A DNA stretch of 64,000 nucleotides from Flaccisagitta enflata (GCA_965153355.1 OZ231126.1:19158001-19222000); one strand, 5' to 3'. Shown: positions 44,579 through 60,314, counted from the first letter of the stretch. The notes: generated by a model not told the origin, from the sequence alone. Program-made: numbers and translations.

Positions 44579-45377
44579 TTTTTCTTTCTTCCTTTTTTTC
44601 TTTCTTTTTCTTTTCTCCTGTCCTCATCTCTTCCTTCCTTTCTTCCTGCCTTTCTTCCTTCCTTTCATTTTCTTTCTTTCCTTCTTTCTTTCTAAAAGAA
44701 AAAGTGTAAGAAGCATTGAAAACGCGTAACGCGAACGCATTAGCAACCACATACGTTGGATGCGATGCGTAACGCGATGCGCGAGCTGCTCTTGAAAATC
44801 CCGCGCATCCTTAGCCCTGTTCGAGATACCCTCATACTCTTTTGGCTACAGCTTTTTTCAGCTTCATGCTAAAAGATTTCTGAAACCAGATTTGAATTCC
44901 CCACGCAATAACCTACATTGCTATCCTGAGTCGCTCGCGTTACCAAGTGATTTGCAGCCTCATGTGACGGTTTTCTAAACTCATTAGTTATTCCTTCATT
45001 TTTAATCAAATTTTTCCGACAAAAAATCATATTACTCGATAGCCTGACGATAGATCTACTTGATTTTGAATGATTTTTTGTAATATTGGTGAATTTCGAG
45101 CAATAAATTGGATATACATCGTGGTTTTCAAATTCAGACAACTTTTTTTTCCACTGCAATCCTCTTGATTTCCCGCTGACTTCTTGCCTAGTTTTAGTCT
45201 GGCATATCGCCGTTTTATAATTTTTCGATAATATCATTTTGTTAATAATCTTAGTTGTTACTTTTGAGATCACTCGATCGACGATTTTATCACAGAATGG
45301 AACCTCTTTCTTTATTCTTTTTCTTTTTTTCGGATTTCCTTTTCCCATAATCTAAAATTGAGCAAATTAAAGGAGCC

Positions 45378-47030
45378 ATGGATCTGTCATTCCTCCACAC
45401 GCTTAAGTCCATAAAGAACTATGAAGGAAATCCGCCATTTAAATCCGAGGACATCGATCTGGCCACCTTGACGACCACGTATCCCGACGTCATCATCGTC
45501 GACCAGAGGTTCAACTTTGACAAAGAACACTTTCTTGTTGACAAAGAAGGAGACTTTCTCGTTAATCACGGTCCGCCTCAACGACCCGGCCCCAGGATCG
45601 AAATCCACACCAAGTCGATCACCACCGCTCTCGCCCTCGTCACCCCCAATGCAAAGTCAAATGAAAATCCATGGCCGCCGCGCTGGACCGTGATCTTGAA
45701 TGAAGGCTTGTACATCGATCCGCATTTCTTGGTGCTTTGTCCGCCACAATCCAAAATGGATTATGTCGCCGTCGAGATTGTCGGGATGAAAGGCGCGCGA
45801 ATTCTTTTCGTCGAGAAGAAATGGAATTCTAGTGGTTTTACCGGCTTTCAGAACGCAACGGTGACTCTGAGAAACATCATCATACACGATCGACGCGGCG
45901 ATAGACCGTTAGATGGATCCACTTACGCTAGTCTTAAAGATTGTCCAAACCAAGTGGCGTTTAATGCTCTGCAGTGTACGTACGATGCGAGGTTGACGCT
46001 AAGGAACTGCTTGCTCTCTGGCTGTATTCTAACGTTGCAGAGTGGCTCCACCGTTACCGCCGTGGACACGCATTTTATCGTATGCCCCATGATCGAGCTT
46101 CATCACTCGTCTCGAGCGTTTGTCCAAAACTGTTACATCGATTGTCGTCTCAATATCCATTTCAATGGAACCGGAAATTACCCGTTCTTCGACCTGTATC
46201 CAGGAGCGTCCCTTGTGTGCCAGAAAAGCGAGATTCGCGGCTACGGTAAAGTGGTGGACGCGGAGGGTACCGGAACAGAAGTGTCTCTCCAAGAGAATCG
46301 ATTCTTCGTTTGGGACTGTATTGGCAAAATCAAAGAAAATGCAAGCGTTAAAGTCCATCGAAATTACATCCATTCTCCATTTTTGATGGTCATAGTGCTC
46401 AACGTCACTGGCAAGATCGATTTCAAAGAGAACCAGTTAGAAGAAGCATGTGGCTGTTCCCGCTCCGTGTTTTACATCGATAAAGATTCCGTCAAACCCA
46501 CCACCGACATCGCCGGCGTCGCTTTTGGACAGACGGAATTCAACGCTGCCGATTTCAAGGAAAAGACCAAGCAGAGGTCCACCTTTCGAAAATCTTTCAA
46601 CAAATCCTATCAACGCCAAAAAGCCAAGGGAGAGAAGCCAGAAACCACTCTCACGGTCTGGAAACGATGCCAGGGTTGCTACATGCCCGAGGAAGAAGAA
46701 GCTATCAACCTGAAGTCGGTTGAAGGGGCAGCCGCCGTGCCGTTTACTAGATTCCGATACTGCGCCCGATGCCGCGTCGTTTGCTACTGCTCGCAGGAAT
46801 GTCAAAAGAAACATTGGCCCGATCACAAACTCACATGCTCCATGTTTTGTGCAATGAACGACGTCGAGCGGGAGGAGAGCGAGGACAAGGAGAATTTGGG
46901 GGCTAGTCAAAGGAACGGTGCCAAATTTGGCTATGACTTTTCGACGGGCGGCCGAGATAAAGAAACCAAGACGAAAGTGCAAAGGGGCAAAGACGTCAGA
47001 AAAGGCAAGAAAGGTCAAAAACGGAAATGA
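45378..47030 (+). CDS. Intronless 550-aa protein: putative right-handed beta-helix (pectin-lyase-like) domain plus C-terminal MYND zinc finger
   Basis: Long open ORF with GCCATGG start. WTVILNEGLY...VEIVGMKGARI cap motif, then repeated strand motifs (VTLRNIII, LTLRNCLL, FVQNCYI, SLQENRF). MYND: CQGC-x27-CARC-x3-YCSQECQKKHWPDHKLTC (46668-46838); basic tail. Two paralogs in the window. Beta-helix call is by pattern only. Confidence 0.85.
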   Translation: MDLSFLHTLKSIKNYEGNPPFKSEDIDLATLTTTYPDVIIVDQRFNFDKEHFLVDKEGDFLVNHGPPQRPGPRIEIHTKSITTALALVTPNAKSNENPWPPRWTVILNEGLYIDPHFLVLCPPQSKMDYVAVEIVGMKGARILFVEKKWNSSGFTGFQNATVTLRNIIIHDRRGDRPLDGSTYASLKDCPNQVAFNALQCTYDARLTLRNCLLSGCILTLQSGSTVTAVDTHFIVCPMIELHHSSRAFVQNCYIDCRLNIHFNGTGNYPFFDLYPGASLVCQKSEIRGYGKVVDAEGTGTEVSLQENRFFVWDCIGKIKENASVKVHRNYIHSPFLMVIVLNVTGKIDFKENQLEEACGCSRSVFYIDKDSVKPTTDIAGVAFGQTEFNAADFKEKTKQRSTFRKSFNKSYQRQKAKGEKPETTLTVWKRCQGCYMPEEEEAINLKSVEGAAAVPFTRFRYCARCRVVCYCSQECQKKHWPDHKLTCSMFCAMNDVEREESEDKENLGASQRNGAKFGYDFSTGGRDKETKTKVQRGKDVRKGKKGQKRK

Positions 47031-47317
47031 AGAAAAGGCGTGCTGGTACCAGACGGGATTGGCACGCGCTGAAGATAAAAGAAAGAGAACATCGGGGATG
47101 AAATTGATGGCAGCAAAGCTTGAACAGTTGATAAACTGTATCCAGATCAGTTTCATAGTCCTTTGTTACTAACGATTCTTTGTGTAGGTCTTTCCATTGT
47201 ATTCCTAATTTTATCCATTATCGCCTCTATATCAAATTCTTGTAAGTTGGGCATGATTCAATGTTTATCGATTTTTCTTCCAGACATCCTTTCCAATAAT
47301 CAAATTGTTTAGAAGCC

Positions 47318-48304
47318 ATGGATCTCTCATTCCTCCGCACACTTCAGTCCATCAAAAATATGGAGGAGAAGCCGCCCTTCAAGTTGGAAGATATCGATCT
47401 GACCACATTCACGGCGACGTATCCCGACTTCATCATCGTCGACCAGACACTCAAAGACGGAGTCGATTTGGACTCGAACGGTTTTACTGTTGTGCCGGAG
47501 AAAGAATTCACTGTCAACCACGGCGCGGCTCTTCGAACTGGTCCATTTGCGAGGACGGAGCTCCGCACGAACTCCATCAGCAGAGCCTTAGGCATAGTCA
47601 CGCACACGGCCGTGAGACTAGGCCTAGAGAAAAGTTCCAGAAGTGCGTTCAGGTCCCCTTGTTGGACCGTGATCTTAAAGGAAGGATTGTACATTGATCC
47701 GCGTCTGCTGCTTTGGTCCCCGGCGGAGGCAAAACTGGATGACTTCTCCGTCGAAATCGTTGGCATGAAAGGTGCACGCATATTGTTTCTCCACAAAAAC
47801 CGGGACCCTGGAGGCAATTCGGGGTTCCAATACGTGACGGCGACTCTGAGGAACGTTATAATCCACGACTGCCGCGACGATATCCCGCTCGACGGATCCA
47901 CCTACCGACGGAGTGAAGTTCTCAATTGGTTGTCGGCCACAGTTGAAGCTAAGCTGACCTTAAAGAACTGCTTGCTCACCGGTTGTATTCTCAAATCGGG
48001 AGAAGGCACTATCGTCACCGCCGTGGACACGAATTTCATCGCTTGTCCCATGATCCTAGTTCGACAACGGTCGCGATGCATCATCCAAAACTGCCACATC
48101 GATTGTCGCGTTAGCATTCATCACGACGGCACGCGCACGGGAAACTTTCCGCTTTTCGACGTGTATCCAGGAGCGTCTCTTTTTGTGCCAGAAAAGCGTC
48201 GTTTGGGGCTACGGAAAAGTCTTGGATACTCAAGGTTCTGGAACGGAAGTCACTCTAGAAGATAATCGTTTCACTGTGTGGGATTGCATCGGGGAAATCA
48301 AGGA
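47318..48304 (+). pseudogene. Tandem paralog of the beta-helix/MYND gene, frameshifted and 3'-truncated
   Basis: MDLSFLRTLQSIKN...FPLFDVYPGASL is collinear with 45378. One extra T in the run at ~48180-48184; the shifted frame continues CQKSVVWGYGKVLDTQGSGTEVTLEDNRFTVWDCIGEIK and is cut at 48305 by a CAGGGGG... element. No MYND part follows. Confidence 0.85.
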
Positions 48305-48670
48305 CAGGGGGGGGGATGCTAAAATTATTTTAACACGTTTTAACAGCTTTTAACACGAGGTACCTGTTATTTTCCAGACCTGATGTTAAAATCGTTTAAA
48401 CACGTTTTAACACACTGATTTCCCAAGTTTCTTTTTAGAGCTGTGTTAAAACCGTGTTAACACCGTGTTAAAACCGTGTTAAAACTGTGTTAAAACCGTG
48501 TTAAAACCGTGTTAAAACTGTGTTAAAACTGTGTTAAAACCGTGTTAAAACTGTGTGTAAAACTGTGTTAAAACTGTGTGTAAAACTGTGTTAAAACCTA
48601 GTATAAAATTTGTTAAAACCATTTTAAAACCGTCTTTAACCTGTGAGAATTTTGTGTTGAAATTGTGTTA
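48305..48670. mobile_element. Left end of a CAG(G)n-type element with (GTGTTAAAACC)n
   Basis: CAG(G)nATGCTAAAA resembles the 17426 terminus and 54496 (CAG(G)nAGCTAAAA); 11-bp array 48443-48600; no right TIR found. Confidence 0.5.
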
Positions 48671-49021
48671 AGATCATTAGTTGAATCACATACGGGGACT
48701 GTAATTTTGAAGCTTTTTCTTTAGTTGGCCAGTGAGGCTGTAGGGGAGGGCTGCACTTTTTGGGGAGATTAACTTCCTGTATTTCACTTTCATCTGTAGA
48801 ATTTTGAAGGCGCGAACAATTGACAGATCGTGAACATCAGATTTTGATTGTTCGTGTCCTTTCTCTATGTAAATAGGAAAATCCGTTACGGGCCATTTAC
48901 AGTATTACCTTTTTCCGTACTTTTTGAAGTCAGCAGCACATCAAATGACGTAATGTCAATTATTAGTTAGTTATGTCGTTTTTAAACTTCAGGGCGATAT
49001 TTTCCTCTAATTCTTGTCAAG

Positions 49022-50020
49022 ATGGCGACTTCCTACTTCGAAAAGTCCTCACATCACTTTAGCCGAAACCTAAAATTCGAGAACGGAAGTAACCCTTTGA
49101 ACGAGTTGTCCGAGTTGTTCGAGGACAGCCTGCACAATGGTTCACAATGGTTCGAATGGATTATCACCTTGAATGATATGCAGGACTGTTGCTGTCTCAA
49201 AGTGAGGGTAGCCTCTTTTTCTCGTTACAACAAGACCATTCTGATCGAGAACTTGCGCTTATCTCCGTCCATGAAAAGCGGCTTGGAACCAGAGGGGGTC
49301 CAACAGTTTCTCTGCCGTTTCCCTACGAGGTACATAACTGTGGCGGAAATTGTGTTCAACTGTCCAAAAGAGCTCCTCGATCAGGTCCAGTTTGACGTAA
49401 CCTTTCGGCGCGCTTCGCCTGCACCTAAAGGGAGATGCTCGTGTCGGCCACGCCTTGAATCTTCGCCGAGGGCCACGGCTATGCACGCGTTGTTGTCGGC
49501 GGACTTAGCGAAGCAGTTTGGCGACGAAGCGACCTCCGATGTCACCTTCATCGTCGGCGATCGTTTGTTCCCGGCCCATAAGTGGATTCTCCAGGCGCGC
49601 GTTCCTTACTTCAAGAACATGTTCTCTTCTCAAATGCTCGAAACCAAAACCAGCAAAGTACGCGTTAAGGACGCCGATTCCGACACGTTCCGTCACATGC
49701 TCAGATTCGTCTACTGCGGCGAGTTGCCGAGCGACATGGACTCTGTCGCTGAGCATCTACTTCCGTTGGCTGATAAATACGGCATCGATCAATTAAAAGT
49801 CGCCTGCGAGGCCAGTCTCAGGAGGTCACTCGATAGGATCAACGCCATCGTAACGCTGCTGGTCGCAGAGTTTTACGGGTGCCCCAAGTTGAAAGAGACT
49901 TGCATCGAAAAACTCTCGGACTGGAAGGAAGTCATGGATGCTAGTGAATTCGGGCCGCTCAAAGATTATCCCGAGTTGCTCATTGCGATTCTCACCTATA
50001 AGAAGCAGGCCTGTATATAG
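49022..50020 (+). CDS. Intronless SPOP/roadkill-like BTB-BACK protein, 332 aa, with divergent N-terminal domain
   Basis: SDVTFIVGDRLFPAHKWILQARVPYFKNMF...FRHMLRFVYCG...LLPLADKYGIDQLKVACE is a classic SPOP-type BTB followed by BACK helices. The N-terminal ~150 aa are not recognisably a canonical MATH domain. Confidence 0.9.
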   Translation: MATSYFEKSSHHFSRNLKFENGSNPLNELSELFEDSLHNGSQWFEWIITLNDMQDCCCLKVRVASFSRYNKTILIENLRLSPSMKSGLEPEGVQQFLCRFPTRYITVAEIVFNCPKELLDQVQFDVTFRRASPAPKGRCSCRPRLESSPRATAMHALLSADLAKQFGDEATSDVTFIVGDRLFPAHKWILQARVPYFKNMFSSQMLETKTSKVRVKDADSDTFRHMLRFVYCGELPSDMDSVAEHLLPLADKYGIDQLKVACEASLRRSLDRINAIVTLLVAEFYGCPKLKETCIEKLSDWKEVMDASEFGPLKDYPELLIAILTYKKQACI

Positions 50021-50557
50021 TTCCACATTTCCTCAAAGATTTAAAGGGTTTGGAGATGGGGAAGAAATTCAGAGTGGGAAAGAAGAAAATTTGGGGAAAA
50101 TAAACTTTTGATAGCGTTGGGGAGTGAAACATTTGAGTCCGTTTTTCATAGTGGAGTTAGTGTATGACGCACTTTGACGCAGTATATAAACATTTGTCAG
50201 TGAAGTAGATCTGATGGCGTTATGATTTGTAACTTTTTATGCAATATAGCTATGAAGCTGCTGAACACAAATCAGTAACAAACAGCAATATTTAGGCAGC
50301 CGCCTTTCGCCGATTCCCATTTTTCTAGTTGAAAAAGCAGGATTCAAACCCATGAAATTCTTCACTCTCCCTGTCTACTTCTGACAGTATTAAATCATAA
50401 AATCATAAAAATCATAAAAATTGATGAGTTAAACACAATTTAACATTATTTAAATTTTAAATAGATTTTTTATTGCTATATGGGGGAGAAAATCAGATTT
50501 TGTAATGCAATGTTGCGGGGAAGAAAATTCAAGTAGGGGGGTGGGGAATTAATCTAA

Positions 50558-50923
50558 GGTCATGGAACTATAAACACCCCTGATAAAAAGCCCTCGAGTG
50601 CGAACGCGGTAGCGGATGCGGAAGCGGAAGTGGATGGCGAGGAGTCCAACGATGACTCCGAGTCGGTTGACGAGGAGATGGCGAACGAAGACAGCGATAC
50701 AGAGTCGGTTCACGCGCCGATAGCGAATGGCGACGATGATGACAGTGACGCAGAATCAGTTCACGCGCCGGTGGGGGAAGACGACAGCGACGCGGACTCG
50801 GTTCAGGCGCTGGTGCCGAGTCCTGACAGCGACGATGAGTCCGAAGACGCGGAAGAAGAAAATTCTGCAAGCGAAGCGGACTCTGACAACGACAGCGACG
50901 CGGATGATGATGGTGAAGAATAA
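50558..50923 (+). other. Orphan acidic open frame (possible terminal exon or relic)
   Basis: GC-rich, Asp/Glu/Ser-rich frame open from 50558 to TAA 50923 with three DSD(T/A)(E/D)SV(H/Q)A repeats; no convincing acceptor or upstream ATG. Confidence 0.35.
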
Positions 50924-51435
50924 AATTGCAGTCTGGTGTACGGTGCGCCACGAGATTGTGCAAACTGACTTCTTTTTTAACAGCCTTGCTACTGTTAGTG
51001 TTCACGTTTTTGTTGTCAATATTCAAGAGTATCGTCCGAAAATTTCTGTTTATTTCAACGTCTTGTTCTCGTTCATTTCTTTACTAACGTTTTACTCCCG
51101 TGTCCCTATCATCGTTTTCAGCAGTCATATGATAAACACCCAATCATTGCGTTCTATGCGCTTTCAGATACGGATAGAAACTAGTTATACATAGTATTAA
51201 TCAGACTTGAAAAGACGGCGTCAGGTATCCCTTTGACTTAAGGCCTTCTCTCCTGCTGCCCTTTTGTGCGACGGTGGCGATCCAAACGAGTTTGTCTCGG
51301 TTTTGAAAGGCGCTGCCTCCAGGATTCGATGGTGACGTCATTCCTCAGTGGGTTGATCTGCAAAAGTCGCACAGCTGTGTAGAAATTCTCTTTAAAAAAT
51401 TACGTCAAAATCGTGCAATTCCAACGAATCTAACC

Positions 51436-55609
<4,174 letters not shown>

Positions 55610-55962
55610 TCTCCTGATCCTCCTCGAGTGTCAGCTATATCAGCGGAGTTTTATTACAAAAATCCCTTGTCACTTGTAGATTCTTTCCATTTGTATATGT
55701 AAATTGATGAAATTTATTATTGCTATGGTCTTGATTCTTCTTCCGAATCGTCAATCTTTTATTTTACTTAATTAAGAATTTGAGATGGCATACATCTGTA
55801 TATGTTTTAAAATTTGGGTGGGAATTTGTTCTCTTTTTACAAACATCGTGAAAAAATGTCTTTGAGCAAAGTTGCTTTCTCTTCCTTCTACCAGTATTCA
55901 GTGGAAATGACTTTGGTGTACTAAGTGTAGAAGTCTCTCTCTCTCTCTCTCTCTCGCTCTCG

Positions 55963-56034
<72 letters not shown>

Positions 56035-56913
56035 CCCCTCTCCTTCTGTGCCCCTTTCCCTTTACATTGTCCGCACTTGGCCGATGTTTATCATGGACGT
56101 TTCTTTTCCTTTCTTTCCTTTCTTTCCATCGACCGCACTCGCTGTTTAAATGTGTCTATCCTCACTCTGCAAAGAGGCTTCTCGTCTGAATGCTTTCTGT
56201 ATTAAATTGTAGCATAAAGTTCTAGTCTCGCGTGTAGAGGGCGCTCTTTTGCTGCTCGATATGCGTTCGTCTCTAACGATCCTTTTTCTTGGGTCAATAT
56301 CTCCCTTAATTACGACTTAAAATAACTTTTTTTCAAATCCGACCCCGTGCGTAGAATTATTGCACACTTCAGTGTCCGTTTCTCATGAGTTATAATCTTA
56401 ATTGGTTTCATGTCAACATCTTCAGTTAAACACAGGATTGCTGCAGGCAGCCTTTTATCGCTCTTCAAGTCTTCAGATGTAAGTAGTTGTAATCTTCTGG
56501 CCCATGTATCCTTTGTTTTCTGATCCATTAAATAATCGGTGAATTTTGTCGTAAATATTCTAAGTTTTATCTAAATAAATACAATTTTATTTAAACTATG
56601 ACGTATTTTTACTCAACCGGTTCAGGATCATGTGTGCAATCTTGTGTTCAAGTTGATTCGTGTTGTATACCTTAGCTTGATGAATGTTTGAGGAATGAGG
56701 TGGTTTTCTTTATTAAGCGTTTGAAGTCACCATTGTCTTATCGATGATTGTACAAAGCATATAGCCATGAACGGGAAATAAAACAAACAAGGCCGGATAC
56801 ACGGCCACTCTAGTCGCGTGCGGGTGGGCAGGAGCAGTGCTGGAGAAGGTCACTAGGGCATCTGGGCAGGAGCAGTATGCTCAAAAAGCTCAAAAACGCC
56901 GAAAAAGTAAATA

Positions 56914-58275
56914 ACCTTGGGGACAAAAAAAATGGCGGATTTTTAAAACAGATTTTATCCATCTCAATTCAAGAAAAACTTAATAAAATCGGTGATGGTT
57001 AGAAAGCTCTTTGAAAGATCTTTCATTTGTGTTGTATCTGGAAATTTCAGCTCAAACGGTTTAGAAGTTAGAGTAATTTGAACATGACTACCCCTTTTCT
57101 GGACCGCCCGAAACTCTTAAAAGGGAATTTGAAAAAAAGTTAGAATTTCAAAAAATGATAGAAGACTCAGTCCGATTTCTAAAAAATTTTAGGTGGTAAT
57201 TCAAGTGACCGTCTTTTGATATCACCTCAGTTTTTTTTGCTAATCCGACGATTTTTACTACAGAGGAAGGAGAAATATAAGATGTGAACCCCCTAAAACT
57301 GTAGCACCCCCCCTTACAGATCAAACTAAAACAATAAATGGTTTGTGCTGGGTTTTAAATAATAGCTTTAGACTATACAAGTGGCGCCACCAGAGCGATT
57401 TTGAAATTTCAACTCCAGTTTGAAGTTATAGCACAAAAACCTAAATTTTATAAATATTTAAAAATTACTTATTTTAACATGTATATTACTTATATTTTGA
57501 GTTAGAGGTCAAAATTTAAAAATCCCTCTGGTGGCACCACTTGTATTGACACATACATTTTTTCTTTACCCTTCAAATCTCTGTAATACACTTGGTTAGA
57601 GCTGTAGGTGGGGGTGCTACAGTTTTTAGGGGGTTCACATCTTGTATTTTGCACTTCTCTGTAGGGTTTTCATAATTCTATATTTTAGATCTCAATGAAA
57701 TATGTTATAACTAAAGTGGTTTGCTGTAGATACACAATTTTCACTACTGAATCAGCAAAACCTATCCTGTGCTATTCCAATTTAAACATTATTCCCAGAG
57801 CTTCAAAACCATCATGAATTTGATATGATTTTTATCACAACTTGATAACAAAAATCCTTGAAAAAAACCATGTTGTTATCTCGATGACTCTCAGACTGCT
57901 TGAAAATTTTGAGATCTTTTTCATAATGAAAATGATAGAAAAAGTTTGCTGATTTTGAAAACTTTTTAGGAGCTGTCAGAAGAGGGTATTTATGCCTTCC
58001 AGTTCAATTTCCATCAAAATCAGAGAATTTTCACTATGGTTTTAGGACGATTATTTTTAGCACTTATTCTTGCCATGATGCCAGAGTAGAAAGAGAGTAG
58101 TCATGTTCAAACTGCTCTAGCTCCTAAACCGTTTGAGTTAAAAATTTCAGACATGACTCAAATGAAAGATCTTTTGAAGAGCTTTCTAACCATCACCGAT
58201 TTTAATGAGTTTTCATTAGATTAAGATAGATAGAATCTGTTTTGAAAAATCCGCCATTTTTTTTGTCCCCAAGGT
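56914..58275. mobile_element. TA-flanked TIR element containing an inner TA-flanked MITE (57261-57661)
   Basis: TA|ACCTTGGGGACAAAAAAAATGGCGGATTT ... AAATCCGCCATTTTTTTTGTCCCCAAGGT|TA with ~180-bp inverted arms; inner TA|CAGAG...GATGTGAACCCCCTAAAAC / GTTTTTAGGGGGTTCACATC...CTCTG|TA. Confidence 0.85.
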
Positions 58276-58277
58276 TA

Positions 58278-59356
58278 GACGCAAAAGCGTTAGATGGTCA
58301 GCAGTACCCGTGCCCTGCTTAAGACAGCGAATTTCCGAAGGAAAATTAAGTGTTTCACCATACTTTTTGCATCATTATCAGTACAGTATTGAAGCTAAAA
58401 TGCTTTTAATGGATACGTTGTCTCTAAAGACACTTAGTGTTTACCTTTTTATCATATTCTGACCTAAAAAGTAATTTCAACTATGCAATTCACATGAAAA
58501 CAAGCGGGAAAATGATGGTTTTTAGTGATTTTATGCTACCATTTTTTCTCATTTTCTGAGGTCTAAATTCTAAGAAAGCCAAACACAGGAAAATTTTGCA
58601 TTTTGAAAAACATAGTTCCCTCTGTAATCAATTTGGGAAGAGAACTATGTTCTTTGTTTTTTTATTTTTTATGTAAATTTAGAATTTAAACTGGCTCCTT
58701 GTCAGTGATCAAAAATAAAGTAAGTCGAGATTTTCAATAAATTTTCTTTAATAACATTGACCAAACTTGATCTTTCTTGCTAGATAAATGCAAATTTTTC
58801 TTTTATATATTATGTCTGAAGAATCTCTATCACTTTTGTTCACTTGTTTCTTCATTCTCATTCAAACATAATTTCCATTTTGACCATCTTTGAAACAAAA
58901 ATGTTGCCTTCGGAGGGACGCTGTCTTAAGTAGGTTGTGGTTGATGTTGACGGGGGGGGGGGGCAGGGCAGCGGCACTGAAGGGGTCGATGACTTTCACA
59001 CATATGGGGAATTTCTTTTCCTCCTCGTTCTCCTCCGCACCTCCCCTCCCCCCAGCCTCCAGGCCCATTTCTCAGCCTGGAGGCCCATATCCCAGCCTCG
59101 AGGTTCTAATCCCAGCCTTGAGGTCCAAATCCCTAGAGAGTGGAATCTGGGCCTTGGGATTGGAATTTTGGCCTAGAGGGTGGGATTTGGGCCTCAAGAC
59201 TGGAATTTGGGCCTCGAGGCTGGGATATGGGCCTCCAGGCTGAGAAATGGGCCTGGAGGCTGGGGGGGGGGTACGGAGGAGGAGGAGGAGGAGGAGAAAA
59301 TTCCCCATATGTGTGAAGGCATAGGTCATCGACCCTTTCGGGGCCGCTGCCCAAAA
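58278..59356 (-). mobile_element. HINE family D copy (reverse) with an inverted duplicate of its own 5' end
   Basis: CGCAAAAGCGTTAGATGGTCAGCAGTACCCG (as at 62580) ... GGGGCCGCTGCCCAAAA; 58965-59105 mirrors 59215-59356. Confidence 0.7.
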
Positions 59357-60314
59357 GGGGACCAACCAACCGACCGACCAACCGACGGACTGACATAGCG
59401 GGGTGTAGAGTCGCGTAGCACGCGACTAAAAACCCCCATCCTCCTTTTCGCCATCTAAGAACTGGTAGACTGGTCCTTGCAGTCTTGACCATCGATTGGG
59501 ATAGAGGGGTATGGAACAACGCGGGTTCAAGCTTATGGCAGGACAGCGGAGTTGGTACATGACTCCTAATTTCTATCCCGTGATGTAGTCCCTGCCCCCA
59601 AGCCTGTTTGGGAAACTCGATGCTTCATCAGCGCAGCGTTAGATTTGATCTGTAGTTGTCGCGGTCGAAAAAGATGGCTGAAATCTTGACCCGGGAATTG
59701 CGCTTCTAGAGGCGGCCGGATGGACGAACTGGCCTTTTACACAAACATTTTACTGACACATAACAGACATAGCCGTCTTTGTCTTTTTATTGTGCACGAC
59801 GCGGGCTGGGAAAATAAGGGCTTTTCCACAGCCTCATTGGCTCATCTTTCTTTCTGTCTTTGTTTCTTGCCACTTTCGTTGCTTGCTGTATTTGTTACTA
59901 CTCTTTTTTTGCTTGCTGTTTTGTATTTTGCTTTTTTTGTCGCTAGTTTTTTTTTCGCTCTTGTATTTTTTCGCTCTTGTATTTTTTCGTTCTTGCTTTA
60001 TTCTTTTTCTTTCCTACCGTGTTGTTTCCACTACGTTAAGTGTGTAGGAGACATACGGGAAGCAGGGGTTGCCAGTTTACACGACAGGTAAGAACTGTCT
60101 AATGCCGTTATTCGGCATGGCGACAATGGCATAATGTGATGGCCTTTCAAGAATCAAGACATTCGACTGATTCGTACTTTCTTTTCGCGGCTCTGCGGCG
60201 CGACGATTCAATCATAGCATAACTGCAGAACATGTAAGATTAATTTGGCAGCTGTGTGTTGTGTAAAGTGTTGAGTTAATGTAAAAGAAAAAGCGGTATT
60301 TACCCCAGCATAAG

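Larger units (their letters stand above)
56785..59432 (-). mobile_element. HINE-B copy (reverse) split by nested insertions
   Basis: 56785-56910 plus 59357-59432 rejoin into a near-exact reverse complement of 2101-2296. Confidence 0.85.

Noticed and set aside
46437-47156. 239-aa minus-strand ORF (also 47344-47901)
   Set aside because: Antisense shadows of the beta-helix/MYND genes.
59440-59740. Possible retroelement coding relic
   Set aside because: GC-richer segment, but no recognisable RT, integrase or GIY-YIG motif in the frames examined.
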